Shown piece after piece: positions 40,800-55,546 of a DNA stretch of 64,000 nucleotides. The position numbers and the translations under genes were made by a program. Source of the stretch: Takakia lepidozioides (lineage: Eukaryota > Plantae > Bryophyta). The notes below the pieces were generated by a model that saw only the letters and a list, made by a program, of their open reading frames with translations, was not told the DNA's origin and ran no database searches. The stretch lies in NCBI GenBank assembly GCA_030704615.1, contig CM060731.1, positions 91,760,001 through 91,824,000 of the forward strand, read 5' to 3'. Positions within the stretch are counted from its first letter, which is position 1. Each line of letters opens with the position of its first letter.

Positions 40800-41660
40800 T
40801 TTCACTATGCGATTGTGATATCTTATTGGAAAGGTAGCTTTATTGTCTACGTCTGACATATTGTTACACATTGGAAGACGTTATGGCCACCTGAAGAAGG
40901 TGGGACTTGGTCCTATTTTTTCTCTTCATAGACCCACCTGCATTTACGTTATGACTTCTGGAATGTTGAGAATTATTGCACTATAGATGTGTGATATGTT
41001 GTTGGAAAGCATGCTTTATTCTCTACCTCTGAAACTTTGTTACACATCCTACAAGTAAGATTGGAAGACATTATGGGCAGGTGAGGAAGGTGCAGGTTGG
41101 TCCACTTTATTTTTCTTCATACTTTCACCTGCACTTATATTTTGGCTTTTGGAATGTTGAGTATTATTGAATTATAGCTTTGTCATATCATGTTGGAAAG
41201 TTTTTTTTTTTTTTTTTGTTGCGCCGGGATGTTGTTACACATCCATTGAGTAAGACCAGAAGACGTTATGGGCAGAAAACCAAAGTGCAGTTTCGAATAC
41301 ATTGTTTTTTACATACTATGCCCTGCATTTAGGTTGTGGCTTCTAGAATGATGCCTCTTTCTCCTGTTGGGGTGTGTAATATCTTCTTTGAAAGCTGGAT
41401 TTAAGTGAGACCACAAGACGTTATGGCCAATAAACGGAAGGTGCATCTTGGAGCAATATCATTTTCTTCATACTATGGCCTGCGTTTACATTACGGCTTG
41501 CAGCTGGAACAGCCTTCCAGTCTGGAAGGAATAGGGGAAGAAGTCGCATTCCAGCTCCGTGGTAGCGTCATTCTGTAGATCTGACATGTTGTTACACATG
41601 AATTGCATACTACAAAAAGTAGGAGTCATAAAACCTAGGTGCATCTTTTCAAGTTGGTTG
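40800..41660. repeat. diverged tandem repeat, ~155-195-bp unit, 4-5 copies
   Basis: Recurring tgttacaca...gacgttatgg...ggtgca...cttcata...ctgca..tta blocks at ~40862, 41038, 41233, 41417 and 41591. Confidence 0.7.
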
Positions 41661-43429
41661 TTTTCAGTATTTGAAGCATTACATAGATGGAACAGGAACA
41701 CAATAACTATTTCACTGGAGAGGGGTATGTGCATGTCCATTGAGAATCGTGAACATCTCCTCCATGTCAAAGCCAGACCAACCCACTCTACCTGCGGATA
41801 CATGTGCTGTAAGAATGATGTCTCCTACTGTGGGTTTTGACCAATCCACCAAGGCTTCCAATCCGGAGATGCGAGTCCCCACGATGCCAGTAATATCTCC
41901 TACCAACTCCTTGTGAGTGTCGGCATCAACTAAAGCTTCCTCTTGCAGCCAGGAGCTGCCTACTCCTTCTTGAGCCTCTGACATTGATAAGTGAGAGAGG
42001 CAGAAATGAAAGAGGCTACAAGGCGAGGCAGATGGGTGAGGGAGAGTGTGGACGAGGCAATGGGGGATCTGAGGAAACTGAACGAGTTTGGGAGTGCTGA
42101 ATGGCAATGTGGTGTGTGGAGAGTATGTGTTCAGTGAGGCTGGAGAACATGACTTTTTGAGGGGGGAAATCATGTGCTGCACGGTTTTGGATGGACACAT
42201 GCATCTTCAAGACTAAAGGGATGCGATTTGAATATTGATTCCATCATCAGGTGAGGTGCGCATTGGTCCACATGACATGCACATAACATGCACATAACAT
42301 TCATGAAGTGGAGGCAATGACTCTCATTGGCAGCCTCCACCCATATGACGGTAGGGCGGGAAAAAGTGGCAGGTGCTTGTGAGGGATGCTTCCTTTTGAA
42401 TTGGCATTGCCAGACTAATATGTCAGTATATTCATTCTGGGTGGGTTGTTTTGTTCACATATGTGGTTGGAGAGGCATTATATTTATTGCTTTATGAACG
42501 GACTGCAGTGGGGGTAGTATTGTTGCATTTTTTGATGGACATAAAGCTTAGTCTTCACATTTTAGACTCTTTGGGGTCCGAATGAACTTTTGTCCACGTC
42601 GTTCTTTGTAACCTCAGTGGCAGCTCTGTCCTTGCACCTCTGCTTTGTAATCGTGTAAATAATAACATTCCATGGGCATTGTCTTGCTGCAGGTTGTGCA
42701 TGCTCCCTTTCATGTGGAACACAAGTATGGATGATAGTTCTTTATGACCTTATATATTGGACGCTGGGGTGGGGAGGATTTGACAGGGGCCCCGCCGAAG
42801 GAGCCCAGGTTGCCTGAATCCAGCGAAAGTACTGTTAGATCACACGCGTCCATTAAGTTCTTACATTATTCCTGTTATCTTCCTTTGAGGATGAATATAT
42901 CCAAGCGTCCTTCACTCTGAACTCCACCTGTTGCACATTTTCAATGCGTAGCAGTTGTACATGGGTTGTTCATACGGAAGTGTATGTCAGTACGCCTGTG
43001 CATGTGCAAGTTTGATGTGAGAACCTGCAAAACGGTAGACATTGCCTGAAATTGTGGAGCTGAAAATGGAAATGAAATTGCAGTACCGGTAATGCTGTCA
43101 GCCACATGCTTCCTTTGCCCAATCCACCTGAAGTTCAAAATGGAAAGAAGGCACATCCAGCAGCTGCCCAACCATCTGACCGTCTCATTCACTCCTTGCA
43201 GACGCAAACATGCCCTAGTTCAGTATATGGACAATAGGGATTCCAGGAATATGGTGCCTTACCTGAGGTCCTTCAGCCGGTGTACAACCTCTTCCTACTC
43301 CTGGTGGGGAGACGGCACGGATGGGAGATTGTCTGTGTAGCCATGCCTCTCCAGAAAGTCTTTGTACCGTGCAAGTGACTTTCCATTCCCATCATCCACA
43401 GTAGTCATAACTGGGTCTTCACCAGGGTA

Positions 43430-44301
43430 CTAAAGACCCTCCTCCATCATGGCAGTCAAGTCCAAAATCTTTCCCTTCGTAGCTCTCACCAATGCAAGAA
43501 GATGTTGTTGTAGGAATTTGCTGGTATCTGTCAGTTGAAGAATACTTTCCCACTCTGTAGAGATAAGGGCAAGTAGGTTGGGCAATGGACTTGTACCAGC
43601 GGATGTTTTGTGAGCCATAGAAGGGGAGATCAGACCTGGGGGAGTTTGTGAAGACGAAGGGATGGAAGAGGGGGACTGATGGGCAGCTAGCAAGTTGTGG
43701 AGGCCACCTTTACATGTGCCCAACAGGGATCCGCACAACTTTGCAATCAGCCCGTCTCCACATGGGGGTGGAGCATCTTCAAAACCTTTGCCTGGTGTGC
43801 ACACATATTTCATTTCTGGGCCCAATGAAAATCACAACAACCCCACTTAGAATCCGGATTGTGGACAGTATATGTCATACCCAAATGGCGGTGGCATTCA
43901 ACTGTTGCAATGCCTCCGGGTGTGTCAGACAGGTGCACATTCGCATCTGGAATGTCGTTGGCAAACAAAATAGAAGTACAAACAAATCCCTCCTGCCGCT
44001 TGTTTTGGATGAACCCATAAGCCTTCGCATGTGACATGTACCAGTAATGGGTTAGCACATCACCTAGCAGTTCAGAGATGAGCCAATCCACCCGCCTACT
44101 ACCGAGGACGCTTTTGGTGCTCTTCAATTGCGCTTTCAGGTTCCCGTGGTATGCTTTTATGGCAGCATTAGTGTCTTGAGAGGCATGAGGTATGTTCCGG
44201 GATCCCTTCATCCACATTTTGGCTTTTGGAAGCCACTCTGTCTCTATGTAGGTGCAGAATTTTGTTTGATTGCAAACTACCATATCTCCATTGCCGAACA
44301 T
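43430..44301 (-). pseudogene. MULE transposase/SWIM remnant of a different family
   Basis: YIETEWLPKAKMW..PHASQDTNAAIKAYHGNLK..RRVDWLI (catalytic E position reads K); degenerate SWIM CCDFHWAQK. Confidence 0.75.
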
Positions 44302-44380
44302 TAATCATGCATTTGTCTCCTCATCACTTGACAATTGCTCCAAATCAACACAAATTATCTCAATGTGTAGGAGCAATGCT

Positions 44381-45361
44381 TGTCACTTACAATAATGCTC
44401 CCAAGCAACCCGCCTTGGATCCCACTCTCACGCCATATGCCTCCTTTGGGGTCTTGCACCAATCCATCATCTATGTGCTCCCCTTGGTCATTTGAATGCA
44501 TGTTCCATGACCCACTTGGCCTATGTGTTGTTCTCCTTCATTGTAACATGAATCAACACCTCTCCACTTTACACACAAAATGGATCAAGGCCTTCACCTC
44601 TTGCTAGTCCAAGAGCTCCCATTCTCAAACTTGAACTTGTAAACTCAAGAGAGCATGCTCCACATATGCACCACTTGCTTGGTCAACTATCCACCACAAA
44701 ACTCACACTACCAAGAGCATGAATAGCCAAGTATTGTCTCCCCTTCTTGTCACATTACATAGTTAGGGTGAAGCTATGCATACATTGAATGATGATCTCC
44801 CTTCAAGGGTTTCCCACCATATGTTCTCCAAGCCCTTCCAATGCCCTGAGCTTGGCTCCACACCACCATGATTGGAAGATTTCTTCACATGCTCCCTTTC
44901 AAAACCTCTTGAGCTTCTTAGTGCTCTCCAAGTGCTTGTACTTGTTCCAAGCCTATGTAGCTCCTTGGCTTCTCTTCCACAACATCCACACTTTGAACTT
45001 GCTTAACCCTAGATTGCTAGTGAAATGAACCTAGTCCTTCCAAGTGAAATCCACTCTATCACATAAACTAAGTCAAGCCAAGGGCACCTTTGCTAAATGA
45101 ATCCACCCTACAAAGCCCTCAACACATTCCCTCTCAATACCTAGAGCTATGGTGGTGAGAGAGGCTCATGGAGGCTCAACTACAACAAGATGAGCCCTCC
45201 TCAACCCTCACAAGGGGAAAACACATCCCCATGTCCCAAGTGAGGTTTGACACCTCACTTGGCATATGAGACCCCATGAAGTCCCAACACACAAAATACA
45301 AATATAAATATCCAAAATGTCCTAATTAACTAGAAGTAGGTAATTCTAGTTAACCATGACA
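44381..45361. mobile_element. possible solo LTR
   Basis: TGTCA...TGACA ends, CpG-poor, distinct composition; no convincing TSD. Confidence 0.35.
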
Positions 45362-45822
45362 TTGCACAAAGTCATAATTGCAAGACATAAAAGGCATAGG
45401 GTCATGGGCAAGTGCACCACAGCGCCCTAAACTGATGGGGATATGATATTTCCATGTCTCCGACTGCTCGTATTCTTATCACAGAAATAATGTAATGTAT
45501 TTTCTGCAATGCACGGCTCCATTTGATTTCACAATCTCCAGTGAGAGTTGCAACATCTTTGTCCAGCTCTGCCTTTGCATGAATGAGGTCTGGCCTATTG
45601 CCAAATAGGAGAGATCCAACACTTAGCAGGGCATGGGCCGACGTTCGAACATACCTATGCCGAGCTTCACTGCCTATGAGAACTTGAAACATGGTTGGCA
45701 AACAACTGTCGAACACGGTTGAAACATGCAAGAGAACGTCGATCTGGGTCATCCACACGATGCGAATCAATCTCATGATCATTGGGCATGCACGGGCGGG
45801 TCGTTTGTGTCTGCACCTCGCC

Positions 45823-47001
45823 AGACGTAGCTACGGCGTGAGCCTAGCCGCGTGAGCCCAGGAGCTCGGCTCACGCTTTGCCCTCTAAGTGTGAGCCCAG
45901 GGTTTAGAGGAGGGAGAAGCAAGTCCTATAACCGAGGACAGGGTTTAGAGGGGGTCCTATTACCGTGGAAGCGAATATTTTGGAAGAAGAGGTGAACACG
46001 GCAAAACTTCCAAACACGGAAACACGGCAATATTGAGTCCCAAGCACGACGATCCCGATTCCCCCAGCCCTACTTCATCAACCCCAAGCACTCCCACCCC
46101 AAGCACTTCACGCAGCTGGTCCCACCCTCCACCAACCCCAAGCGCTCCACCTTGAAGACGAGCCCCAAGCCGCAATCCCACCTGGCCCCACTCTCACCAA
46201 GCTTTAACCTTCTCTGGTCACTGTTCCTATAAGTATACTCCTGCAGCAGCCACACCCACTAGTGAGTTGCTTTTCAACCCACCGACAATAGTAGAACTAT
46301 CTAGAAAGTAAAACTCTCTAGAATGTCAACTAGTGAACTAGGAAAGATGGCTATACCAACTCTGGCCCGCGAGTAGCGGGTTTAACGGGTTCTGGACCTA
46401 GCTGGCGGGTCCGGGTCCGGTTCCGGGTTCATTTTAAAAATGAACCCGGGTCAGGGTCCGAGTTTTTGGTGATGGCACGGGTCCGGATCCGGACCCTAAC
46501 CAGGGTTTTTTTTAGGGATTTTGAATTTTTTTGCCCCCCCCCCCCCTCCTTGCGGAGATTTCACGATGATCATCGACGACATCTACCCAAATGCCGGGGA
46601 ATATATATATAATTTTTTGAATTCTCATGTGCCGGACGTCCGCTTAATTCCCAGCCCTGTTTCCCTCCACGAACATGGCAGTTCGCTAAGGGTTAAGGTT
46701 AGGGTTGGTTTGGGGTTACGATTTGCAGTGTTTCCCCGGTTTGCCGTGTTTGCCGTGTTTCCGCGGTAATGTCGTTAGCTTAATTCCCAGCCTGTTTCCC
46801 TGCACAAACATGGCAGTTCGCTAAGGGTTAGGTTTAGGGTTTGCCATGTTTGCCGTGTTTTCGCAGTAATGGGTGATCATCCGCGGAAATACACCCTGCA
46901 TCTTCCTCCATCCTCGTGCCACGTGGACTGGGCTCACGTCAGGCTCTTGGGCTCACATGCTGCTGGGCTCGCATGGCTAGGCTCACACTCTAGCATTCCC
47001 C
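45823..47001. mobile_element. non-autonomous TIR element (MULE-type MITE) with nested TIR fragments
   Basis: 9-bp TSD CACCTCGCC (45814-45822; 47002-47010); inverted ends sharing GTGAGCCTAGCC..GAGCCCAG. Confidence 0.82.
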
Positions 47002-49331
47002 CACCTCGCCTACCCACCGCCAACACGTTCATGAGATAGTCTCATTCTTCCTTTGAATGAGTCCAGCGAGCAATGTTCAAACAATCAATACGCTCAGTGA
47101 TGAGTATCATCCATAGAGGAGACCAACCCTATTGTTTTTTGTCTTTCTCATGGTACCTCCTCTCTTCCCAGGCCTCCAATTTCATTTTCACAAAGGTCTC
47201 CCTCAATTCTCTTGATTGTTCTTGTGCTGCAACAAATTATCCATGTCAAGCACATACGAATGGTACTGCAGTAGACTTGAAACCTCGCCATGCAAAGCGG
47301 ACATGCTCATCTGTTTCCCGAAGAATGCTGACATGGTCTTCATGACTGCTGCAGATTCATCCCAGGCTGGGGCATTAGCTTGCAAGCATGACATGTGCAA
47401 TCAACAGATGTATGTATCAATGAATTACATGACAGACGGTGAACCAACATATGAAATACATGACAAACGGTGAATCAACATATGAAATACATGATAGGCA
47501 GGGAGAATGTCAGGTAAATGTTGGCCAAATAGCAAAGGAGGAGGGTCAGGGAACGACATGTGAGGTTACTGTCGAATGGTCATTTGGATGCAAGAGCTCC
47601 TCTCCATGGTCGTCGCAGACTCTGTCTAAGTTCCTAAGTGTTGTATCAATGATTCCCAATGGCGCACACTAGAAAAGGCCAGGGAGTTTAATGCGAGCCC
47701 TTCGGTCCTGCCTGCGTGCCCCCCCCCCCCCCCCTCCGGCTCCCGCGCGGCTCGTGCACTCATAGACAACCATACACTTCGTTGATCTTCCATTGTGCAA
47801 CACACATGACCTCTAGGCATCTGGAGCACAAGTGCTTAGCACGAGTTATATTTAATATCATAGCTGGGAGACCCATTGGCACACTGGCAGCAGTTCATCA
47901 CTCAGTGATGTGATTGCGAGAAGGAAGGATACTATTGGGGTGGAAATTATGCCACTTTCAGGTGTTTGCAATGTGAATGAAATGTTGTTGGTGGCCTGCA
48001 AAGCCTGCAATGTAGGCATGTGTTGCATGCATGTAGGAAGCTGAAAAAGAATACCATAGTGAGCAGTAACATACATAACATTCCAATTTTGAAAGAATGC
48101 TAATGCATGTGATGTAAACGAAAGGGAACATTAATCATATGCTGGCCCCTGTTGAATTTGGCATTGTCGCCGGGGGTGTGGGCCTGATATTGGTCCTTGG
48201 GCACCTTGAATTGCATTGTCAATGATCATCAATCTGAACAGCATGTTGAAATGTTTGGAAATGGTAGGACCCCAATATCGACATGGGGTGTTTGTGGCTA
48301 TGTGAAGCTATGTTGTTGGAGATTACAGTATGATAAATGCATTTCTGATAGTAATTAGCAGTACTCACTAGGCAATCTCCCAGTTTTGGGAAGCAAAGGA
48401 CAAGAAAGAGCGAACAGCAAGGAAGACAAGCTTCATTTCCCATGGATTTGTACACCCACCGAAATGGCAGGACAGAAGGCTTGAAAGCCCCACAATTAAC
48501 AAATATGACTTTGTGTAGGAGGAGGGTAGTACACTAAAGCGCTCGAGTTTGCAGCCATGGGAGATATGCACAGAAGATTGCGAGCACGGCATTGGGGCAA
48601 GCGCCCTGGGAGACACGGGGATGCAGCGAGGCAAAGCAATGCAGCGCTGATATTTCTAAGTGAGGAAGCATTTTCACGAATTCGGCGAGCCTACACTCCC
48701 AAAAATCCAATGTCAAAGTTTTCATGAACATGGTCTCCGAAATGCGGCCCCTGGACTTTGCTCAATAACTGCCAACGGTATGACCCCATCTGTGGTATCA
48801 AGACCGGCAGATAGCGTAACGACACTGGAAGGTCAACTTTAGCACGGGGGATCTCCCGTCCTAGTTAACTGACCTTGATGATATGTGCAGGATTTCATTG
48901 TCGGAGCTTAAACTATTTTCGATGTGAAAAGCGACAAGGAGGCAATGCCACTTGTGTTCACCTCTGATCAGACCTGGAATCACTGGGCAAGAGTGTTTTC
49001 AAAATGGGAGAAAGGCGACCTCATTGACCCCAAAGGAAACATCCCAAAGAAGGAGCAACAGACACTCAAAAAATCTAGCTTGGCTCGACTGCAGGGGTTG
49101 GACGACAACTAGATGGCAAGTTTGCCACCATGATACTTAGAAACAAAGTGTCAATCCGTCATGTCATGAGTATGGAGGATTATTGCAAGTACAAGAAGTT
49201 GTGAGGCACATAATTGATGACATCATGATTGCTTTGGATATAAGGAGCCGACGAAGGACAACCAAAATCCATACATGTAAGGACTGAGTGGCGGACCATC
49301 AGACATAAGTACGAAATCAACAAATCCTAGT

Positions 49332-50760
49332 TTGTGCATTTTAAGCAAGCTCTTGGGGACACCTATCTTTGATGCGAAACTGAAGGCTACCTCGGGAGTA
49401 TTCCTGGAGGAGGAAAGGAAGGATTCAAGTGGAGTTGTTGTCGAAATTATTGTTGCGCTCCATGATGATTTTGGCAACAACAGGGAATGGCGAGTTCCAC
49501 CATTGGACATCGTCATATATAGGGCTATTGGGGAACCCATGCCGCCAAATGCGGTTTCTCTCCAACCGCCTTCCACAAAAGAATCTGCGAATCTGAGAGT
49601 TGGAACCTCAAAGAGAGAGTTCTGCAACGAATTTAATCCAGAGCCTCCGCCATCAATGAAGATGAGCGAGAACCAGGTTGTTCACAACCTGTTGGACGAA
49701 GCTGAGGTCATGGAAGTTCCAAGATCATCCTGGAGATCAGGCAAGTCCGAAATGGACATCAGCGGAGGTAGGAGTCATAGTCCCTGTACGAGCTCAGCAA
49801 CTCGATCCATTTTTGATATTCTGCGAGGGCTGCACACGGAGGGACACCGCTTCGAGCTGGCTGCGCTGGACTACAGCAAGTTCACAATCAAATCCGTGAT
49901 ACATCTTACCCCAGACGTCGACGACAATTTTAATTTTGAGTTCCCTCCTCTGTCGGACAATTCCAGAGCGTCCGGAATGTTGACAGATATGGATAGGAAA
50001 CATGATGGTCACCCTTGGTGCGTCACAAGAACCACCAGCATGAAGATTCCCGATGGTGTGCGGGTGCGCTACCATCTATGTGCCTACGCGATGCGGTGTT
50101 TCTCCGCGACGTGTTTCCACTATAAATCCAAAGGTCACAGGAACGAGACGGATTGGACAGGCATAGCTCCTCAACCATTTCAAGCTCAGAAAAGGTTCCA
50201 AACTCCACATTTAAGTGCGCGCATTGCAAAGAACCACCCGTTTGCATGTCTGTTTGTAATGCCCAGCAGTACTGTGTATGTAGCATTTTGTCAGACCTCA
50301 CACGAGCTTGCATACACATTGGTGTGCACTGTCACAAATTGGCGAGGTGGAACTCGCGGGAGGCTGCCCAAGAAGCAGAGCAGCTCATTCAAGAGGAGGT
50401 GAAGTTGAGACCTGGTGCCAAACCGAAACAGATACAGCGGCCGCCCATAAGATGACATTGGGCAGTATAATGTCAGAAGATGGCTCCGACAAAGTTCCTC
50501 ACGATGAGAATGAAATGGACTTGCTGGAATCGGTGTCCCACGTTTGTTCCCCGAATGTCCAAAATCACATTGTCTCCTGCAAACAGAAAATTGGGCGAGG
50601 CTCGGATATGCAGTTCATTCTGGAGATCAAGCGACGATGTGGATATGACTTCATTCATGGAAGTCGGTTTCTAGGACAAGGGAGTGAGGCAAATCGTTGT
50701 TTCATATTCAAATGTCAACGTGTGGTCCTTGCAGCGGCGTGGATTGAACTTTTTAGTTGA
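49332..50760 (+). pseudogene. N-terminal half of a related GCM-MULE transposase
   Basis: LEEERKD.., ELAALDYSKF, ASGMLTDMDRKHDGHPWCVT..CAYAMRC..C, CAHCKEPP..IGVHCH, SHVCSPNVQNH; paralogous to 38200-39010 plus 55547-56273. Confidence 0.88.
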
Positions 50761-51063
50761 GGCTTTGAGGGTCGTTGTCGTGGGGACATGTGTGGAAATT
50801 TGAGTGGCCTGTGAGTTCGACACGACATCTAGGCTATCAGCCACCACTCCGCATTTGGGCGCTCAATGACCATGCATTGGTTCTCATGTCTATCCACCTG
50901 TGTAACATTTAATTTCACATTTAAAGACCATTCCTTCCAAAGCAACTGCTACAATTGTGTGCAAATACTTCTTACATCCACCCCGGAAGCACCACCCCAA
51001 TAGACTCTACACTCTGAAGCAACATCGGACTCTGGACTGTGTACTCTGAAGCAACATTGACAG

Positions 51064-52837
51064 ATGACCTCCCATGCCATGGGCTCCCTGGATGCAGAGT
51101 TCTTCACCGAGGATCACCCAGTCCTTTTTTTGTACGAAGTGGATGATGATGGTTTTGCTGTGGTGCAGGAACATGTGCTCGCAACGCAGTTTCGGCTGGA
51201 GAATCGCACTCTTTTCCTCGAGAGGGAAGTGTACGATGCCAACGGAAATCTACTCTAGTACGCGTTCCAAAAACCTCGGAGACTGCACATACCACACAAT
51301 GGAGAGTGCCTCCAGGCCGATACAGGGTGTTGAGTGCTCCTCGTCGACAATCTGCAGGATCGTTTCTTACTCCTAGAACTGCAGCTTCAGTGGCCCAGGA
51401 GAAAACTCACGTGGTTGTTAAGAAGGAGTCAACTAGCGTTAACACAGTCATGGAGCTTTCCGACTCCTCCTCCGAGGACGCATGTGAAATACCACCTGTG
51501 GATCAGCCATCTCTAGTTGTGGAAGCAGATGTAGAGGAGATCTCCGGTGTCATTCCCAAACTGAAAGCCATGTGTGACATGCAATCAGAGGACACCGAAT
51601 CACAGCAGCTCATGTGGGAAGCTCTGATTCGCGTAATGAACTCCAATGTGTGGCATCTCCAAATTTTGTTGGATTCATGGCCGACAGTGCTCAAGCAAAC
51701 TTCAACGCTGTTCGCATCGTGTTCGGGACGGGAGATCCAAAAGTGCCAATGCCTGGAAGAGAACGTACTTGTCTTTTCGATTGGACACAATCCCTGGACA
51801 AACACACAAAGACAGACATCAAACCGGACATGCAGAGTATGCACCGTCAATTGTGCAAACAGTACAAAGATGCCAAAACTATGGGGGAAGCGAATACATT
51901 GTTTCAGACAATTCGTGCTTGGTGGTATTCATCTGGAGCGGCATTGGAAGACAGCATGAGGGCACTGGAAGACCGGTTCGCATTTTGGCACTTCCGTTAC
52001 CGACAGTGGGGAGCGGCCATGACAACGGTATGTGATTTACATTCTTCTTCCTTTCGGTGCTTCCGAGGTCTTTCAGTCTCCCAATCCTCAAATCTGAAAT
52101 GTGTTTTTCCACTTTGCAGCACTGTCCATTGAGGAGATGGCGGACATGCCTTCTTGCAATCTAGCGGAGACAGTGCACAATGCCTGGTTGCAGCAGTCCG
52201 GAAAAAGGGGAAGAGATTTGTATGCGGCCACGGCCGCTGACCTGACCCGTGCTCTCCAGCAACAACCAGATACATGTCATTCTTGAGGGGTGGCGTTGGT
52301 GGCAAAGGCCCCGACAAGAACAAGTTGATGTTGCGGGCGGCAAGAAGATCGGAGGATCCCAGCAAAATAGCAAGGGCAGTGAGCATATGTGCGTATGGCA
52401 CCCCTCTCGTGTCTAGAGTTCCCCATCTGGAAGGCAAAGAGAGATTCGGGTTTTGCAAATGAAAATTGGACACCCCCCCTGGATCGGATGCAAATTCCCA
52501 TAGGGCGGAGAGGGTCAACTTCTCCACGCCACGTGTTGCCTTGAATCAGAGATTGAATTGCGGAACATCCACAGGGGAGGGCCATTCAGCCCCATGCCAG
52601 ACCCCAACATCAAGCATTGTTACTGCAATGGTTGAAGAACAAAACATGGTGCCGGATGTGATGGAGTCCATATGCTTGGATGAGGTTTGGCATATAGAAT
52701 GCACAGGTGCGGGATCTCGCATGAAATGCGTGGCGATCAGGGCCACCAATCATGAAAAGTGCGCGTCTTTAATATCCAAAGGCAAAAAACGGACTTCAGC
52801 TCCTACATTCACTGGTTTGTTTCTGGCATTTGGCTAA
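51064..52837 (+). pseudogene. third related MULE transposase, internally deleted (N-terminus joined to DDE core)
   Basis: CDMQSEDTESQ, FVGFMADSAQANFNAVR, ERTCLFDW, FWHFRYRQWG, MPSCNLAETVHNAW, APTFTG. Confidence 0.85.
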
Positions 52838-53039
52838 AACAATAGTTGTAACCTTAGTGTTTTGCAAGGGTGCTTGCCCCCAACTTGAAGGCAGAGAGAT
52901 AGATGACAAGGGTTGAACGTTTGAACCCCAGACCCTCTCGCCAATACGCGAGCGGCTTACCACTAGGCCAGAGCCCTCTTGTGTAGTTTTACACACATAC
53001 ACAAAAATGCTAGGAAAAATAAACAAAATAAAAATGGAT

Positions 53040-53261
53040 GAATCCCCTAACCAGTACCATGGAACCGGCATCTTTTAAGATGGCATAACCGGTAGATTGA
53101 GAACCGGGAAAAAAAAAAATTCATTTGTTTAATGAGAACCTATAACCGCGGTGTTTTTCAAACCTATTGGTATACCCTGCCCCGGCGATCCATTTTTTTC
53201 AAAGAGTAGGCCATAACCGGGACCGGAAGAGGGCTCAAAACATGGTACCCGGCCAACTCTG
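53040..53261. mobile_element. hAT-like terminal fragment
   Basis: Repeated AACCG/ACCGG subterminal motifs ending in CAACTCTG; partner end not identified. Confidence 0.4.
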
Positions 53262-53822
53262 GTACTTTCCCAGATTTTGAGCCATTTGAGCCCTAGTTGC
53301 CCCTGTCAAGTTAAATAAGCACAGTGTGAAAACAACTAGAATAAAACTTGTTATTTGTATTTAACACTTGGATTTAGGTTAAGTGTTAAATCAGGTGTCA
53401 AGTTTAGTTTGACACCTGGTCCGTCTTATCTTCACGAGAGCGGCAGTCGCGCAGCTCATCTCTCTCGAGTTGAGCCTGCGCGACCGAGCTCCTTCATGCG
53501 TTTAGATTTGAGTGTGCTTATGATGGGAGTGTAGGTTGTTGTGGGGTGGAGTCCCCATAGCTTGGGGTGCCCCTGGCTCGACTTCTGTTTTAAAGAGTGA
53601 TAGCGATGGATTCATGTTGTTTCTGGTGTGAGCAGTGTGTTTTCTAGTTTTCTTATCACTCGAGAGAGATGAGCGTTATCTAGTGTGCTGGTGCTAAGCT
53701 AGATACAATGTTTGTTTTTAGCACTATTATAATATATATTTTGGGGCAGGAGTCCATCTGGCCCTGCTGTTGCCATGGGCTGTGCGCGCAGATTTAGTTG
53801 TCGTCTCTGCGCGTGAGTTTGA

Positions 53823-54218
<396 letters not shown>

Positions 54219-54929
54219 TGACGAGGATGCTGCGACAGCAACCAAACCCTGCAAGCCATAACCGAATTTGTGGCCGCTTGAGCAGGAAGTAGGGAATAAT
54301 CAGGTGTACAAGTCATGTGGGGCCTCTCTGTTTCGGGAGAGACGTCTTCAAGATCAACGCTCGCTTGTGAGGGAGCGGGAGCCAGCGCAAGGCAGGGGAG
54401 GTGAATCAATCTAGAGACGGTGTTTCTCTGAGAGGTGAATGTCATCGGAGATATATTGTCCACAAAATGCATCCTGAAGAGATTGTCTGCCCAGAACATA
54501 GCGGTAAATTGCGAGCTGGGTTGCAGTGTTAGGCAACTCGATGTCGGGGGCTGCTGCAGAGCGGCAGAGCGGTAGATGCACTCCAAAGTAGTGGTTTGCA
54601 GGAAGAGAAGTAGCAGCTCATGTGGTTTGAGGGTCAGGCCCGCAAGTAGACTTACAGTTATCTAGTTATACACGTCCCGAATCGCATGTCGTCCGTGCTG
54701 CACCATTGGGGAGTCCGGTCTCATTAAGGGGGCCAGCTTGAAGCGCAGGTCACTGGGCTGTGTGTAGTGCCATCCATACTTAGGTATTTGGGCCTCAGGA
54801 ACCAACAGCAGGGTTGCAAGCGTGGCGATATTCTCATGCTCCCCTTTCCATCGCGTCCCGGCCTCAGCCCACAACGGTGGTGAGAGCTGTGGCAGCTATT
54901 GCGGAAGTACAGAAGAAGGGGAAAGTTTG

Positions 54930-55021
54930 GATGATGACATAGACTACCTTACCAGGTCTACGAGACTTGTCCAGTGGTATCCTGGGCACATTGCCAAAGC
55001 GGAAAGATCACTCAAGGAGCT
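54930..55021 (+). pseudogene. captured RbgA/YlqF-like (DAR) GTPase N-terminal fragment
   Basis: VQWYPGHIAKAERSLKE motif followed by a stop. Confidence 0.8.
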
Positions 55022-55546
55022 ATAAGATCAAGCTTTGCGGATGTTGTGGGTGTCGTGCTTGTCCTTGTGTCGCTAGCAAGAAAGCCCTGTGTGTTTATGC
55101 TGGGAGGCGAATACACCTCTGATACAGTGTCTGCCACAGGCACTTGAGAGTGGAGCGCTGCATCCCTTAGAGAACTCCCAGAACTTCCAGAATGGTCAAA
55201 CTGATGGTGAGAGTCCATAACCACGCCATTTGCAGATGCTCGTGATACACTCATCTGTTCTTTTACTCCATCTGCTCCTTGAGTCTCCTCTGTCACCTCC
55301 ATGATAGCTACAACAGATCCCCTAATCACCTACACTGAAGAGCTGAGTTGACAGTCCGTGCCGGATATATCCCTTGGCTGGTTAAAGACTGTTCAATGCC
55401 TCCCAAGGGACTATGAATCTCACTGGCGAAGTCCTGTGGGGGGGAACGGCCTCGGGAACCCGTAGATAACCTGGGAACAGGTTGTAATGGCGAGAACGTT
55501 TTGGTGTTAAAATTAAAATTAAAATTAAAATTAAAAAAAAATGTTA

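Noticed and set aside
42200-42800. Ulp1-like protease remnant (LHILDSLG near 42555)
   Set aside because: Single short motif; the catalytic His and Cys could not be located.
55334-55375. Hammerhead ribozyme (CTGAAGA followed by a short stem)
   Set aside because: No GAAA core after stem II and no closing stems.
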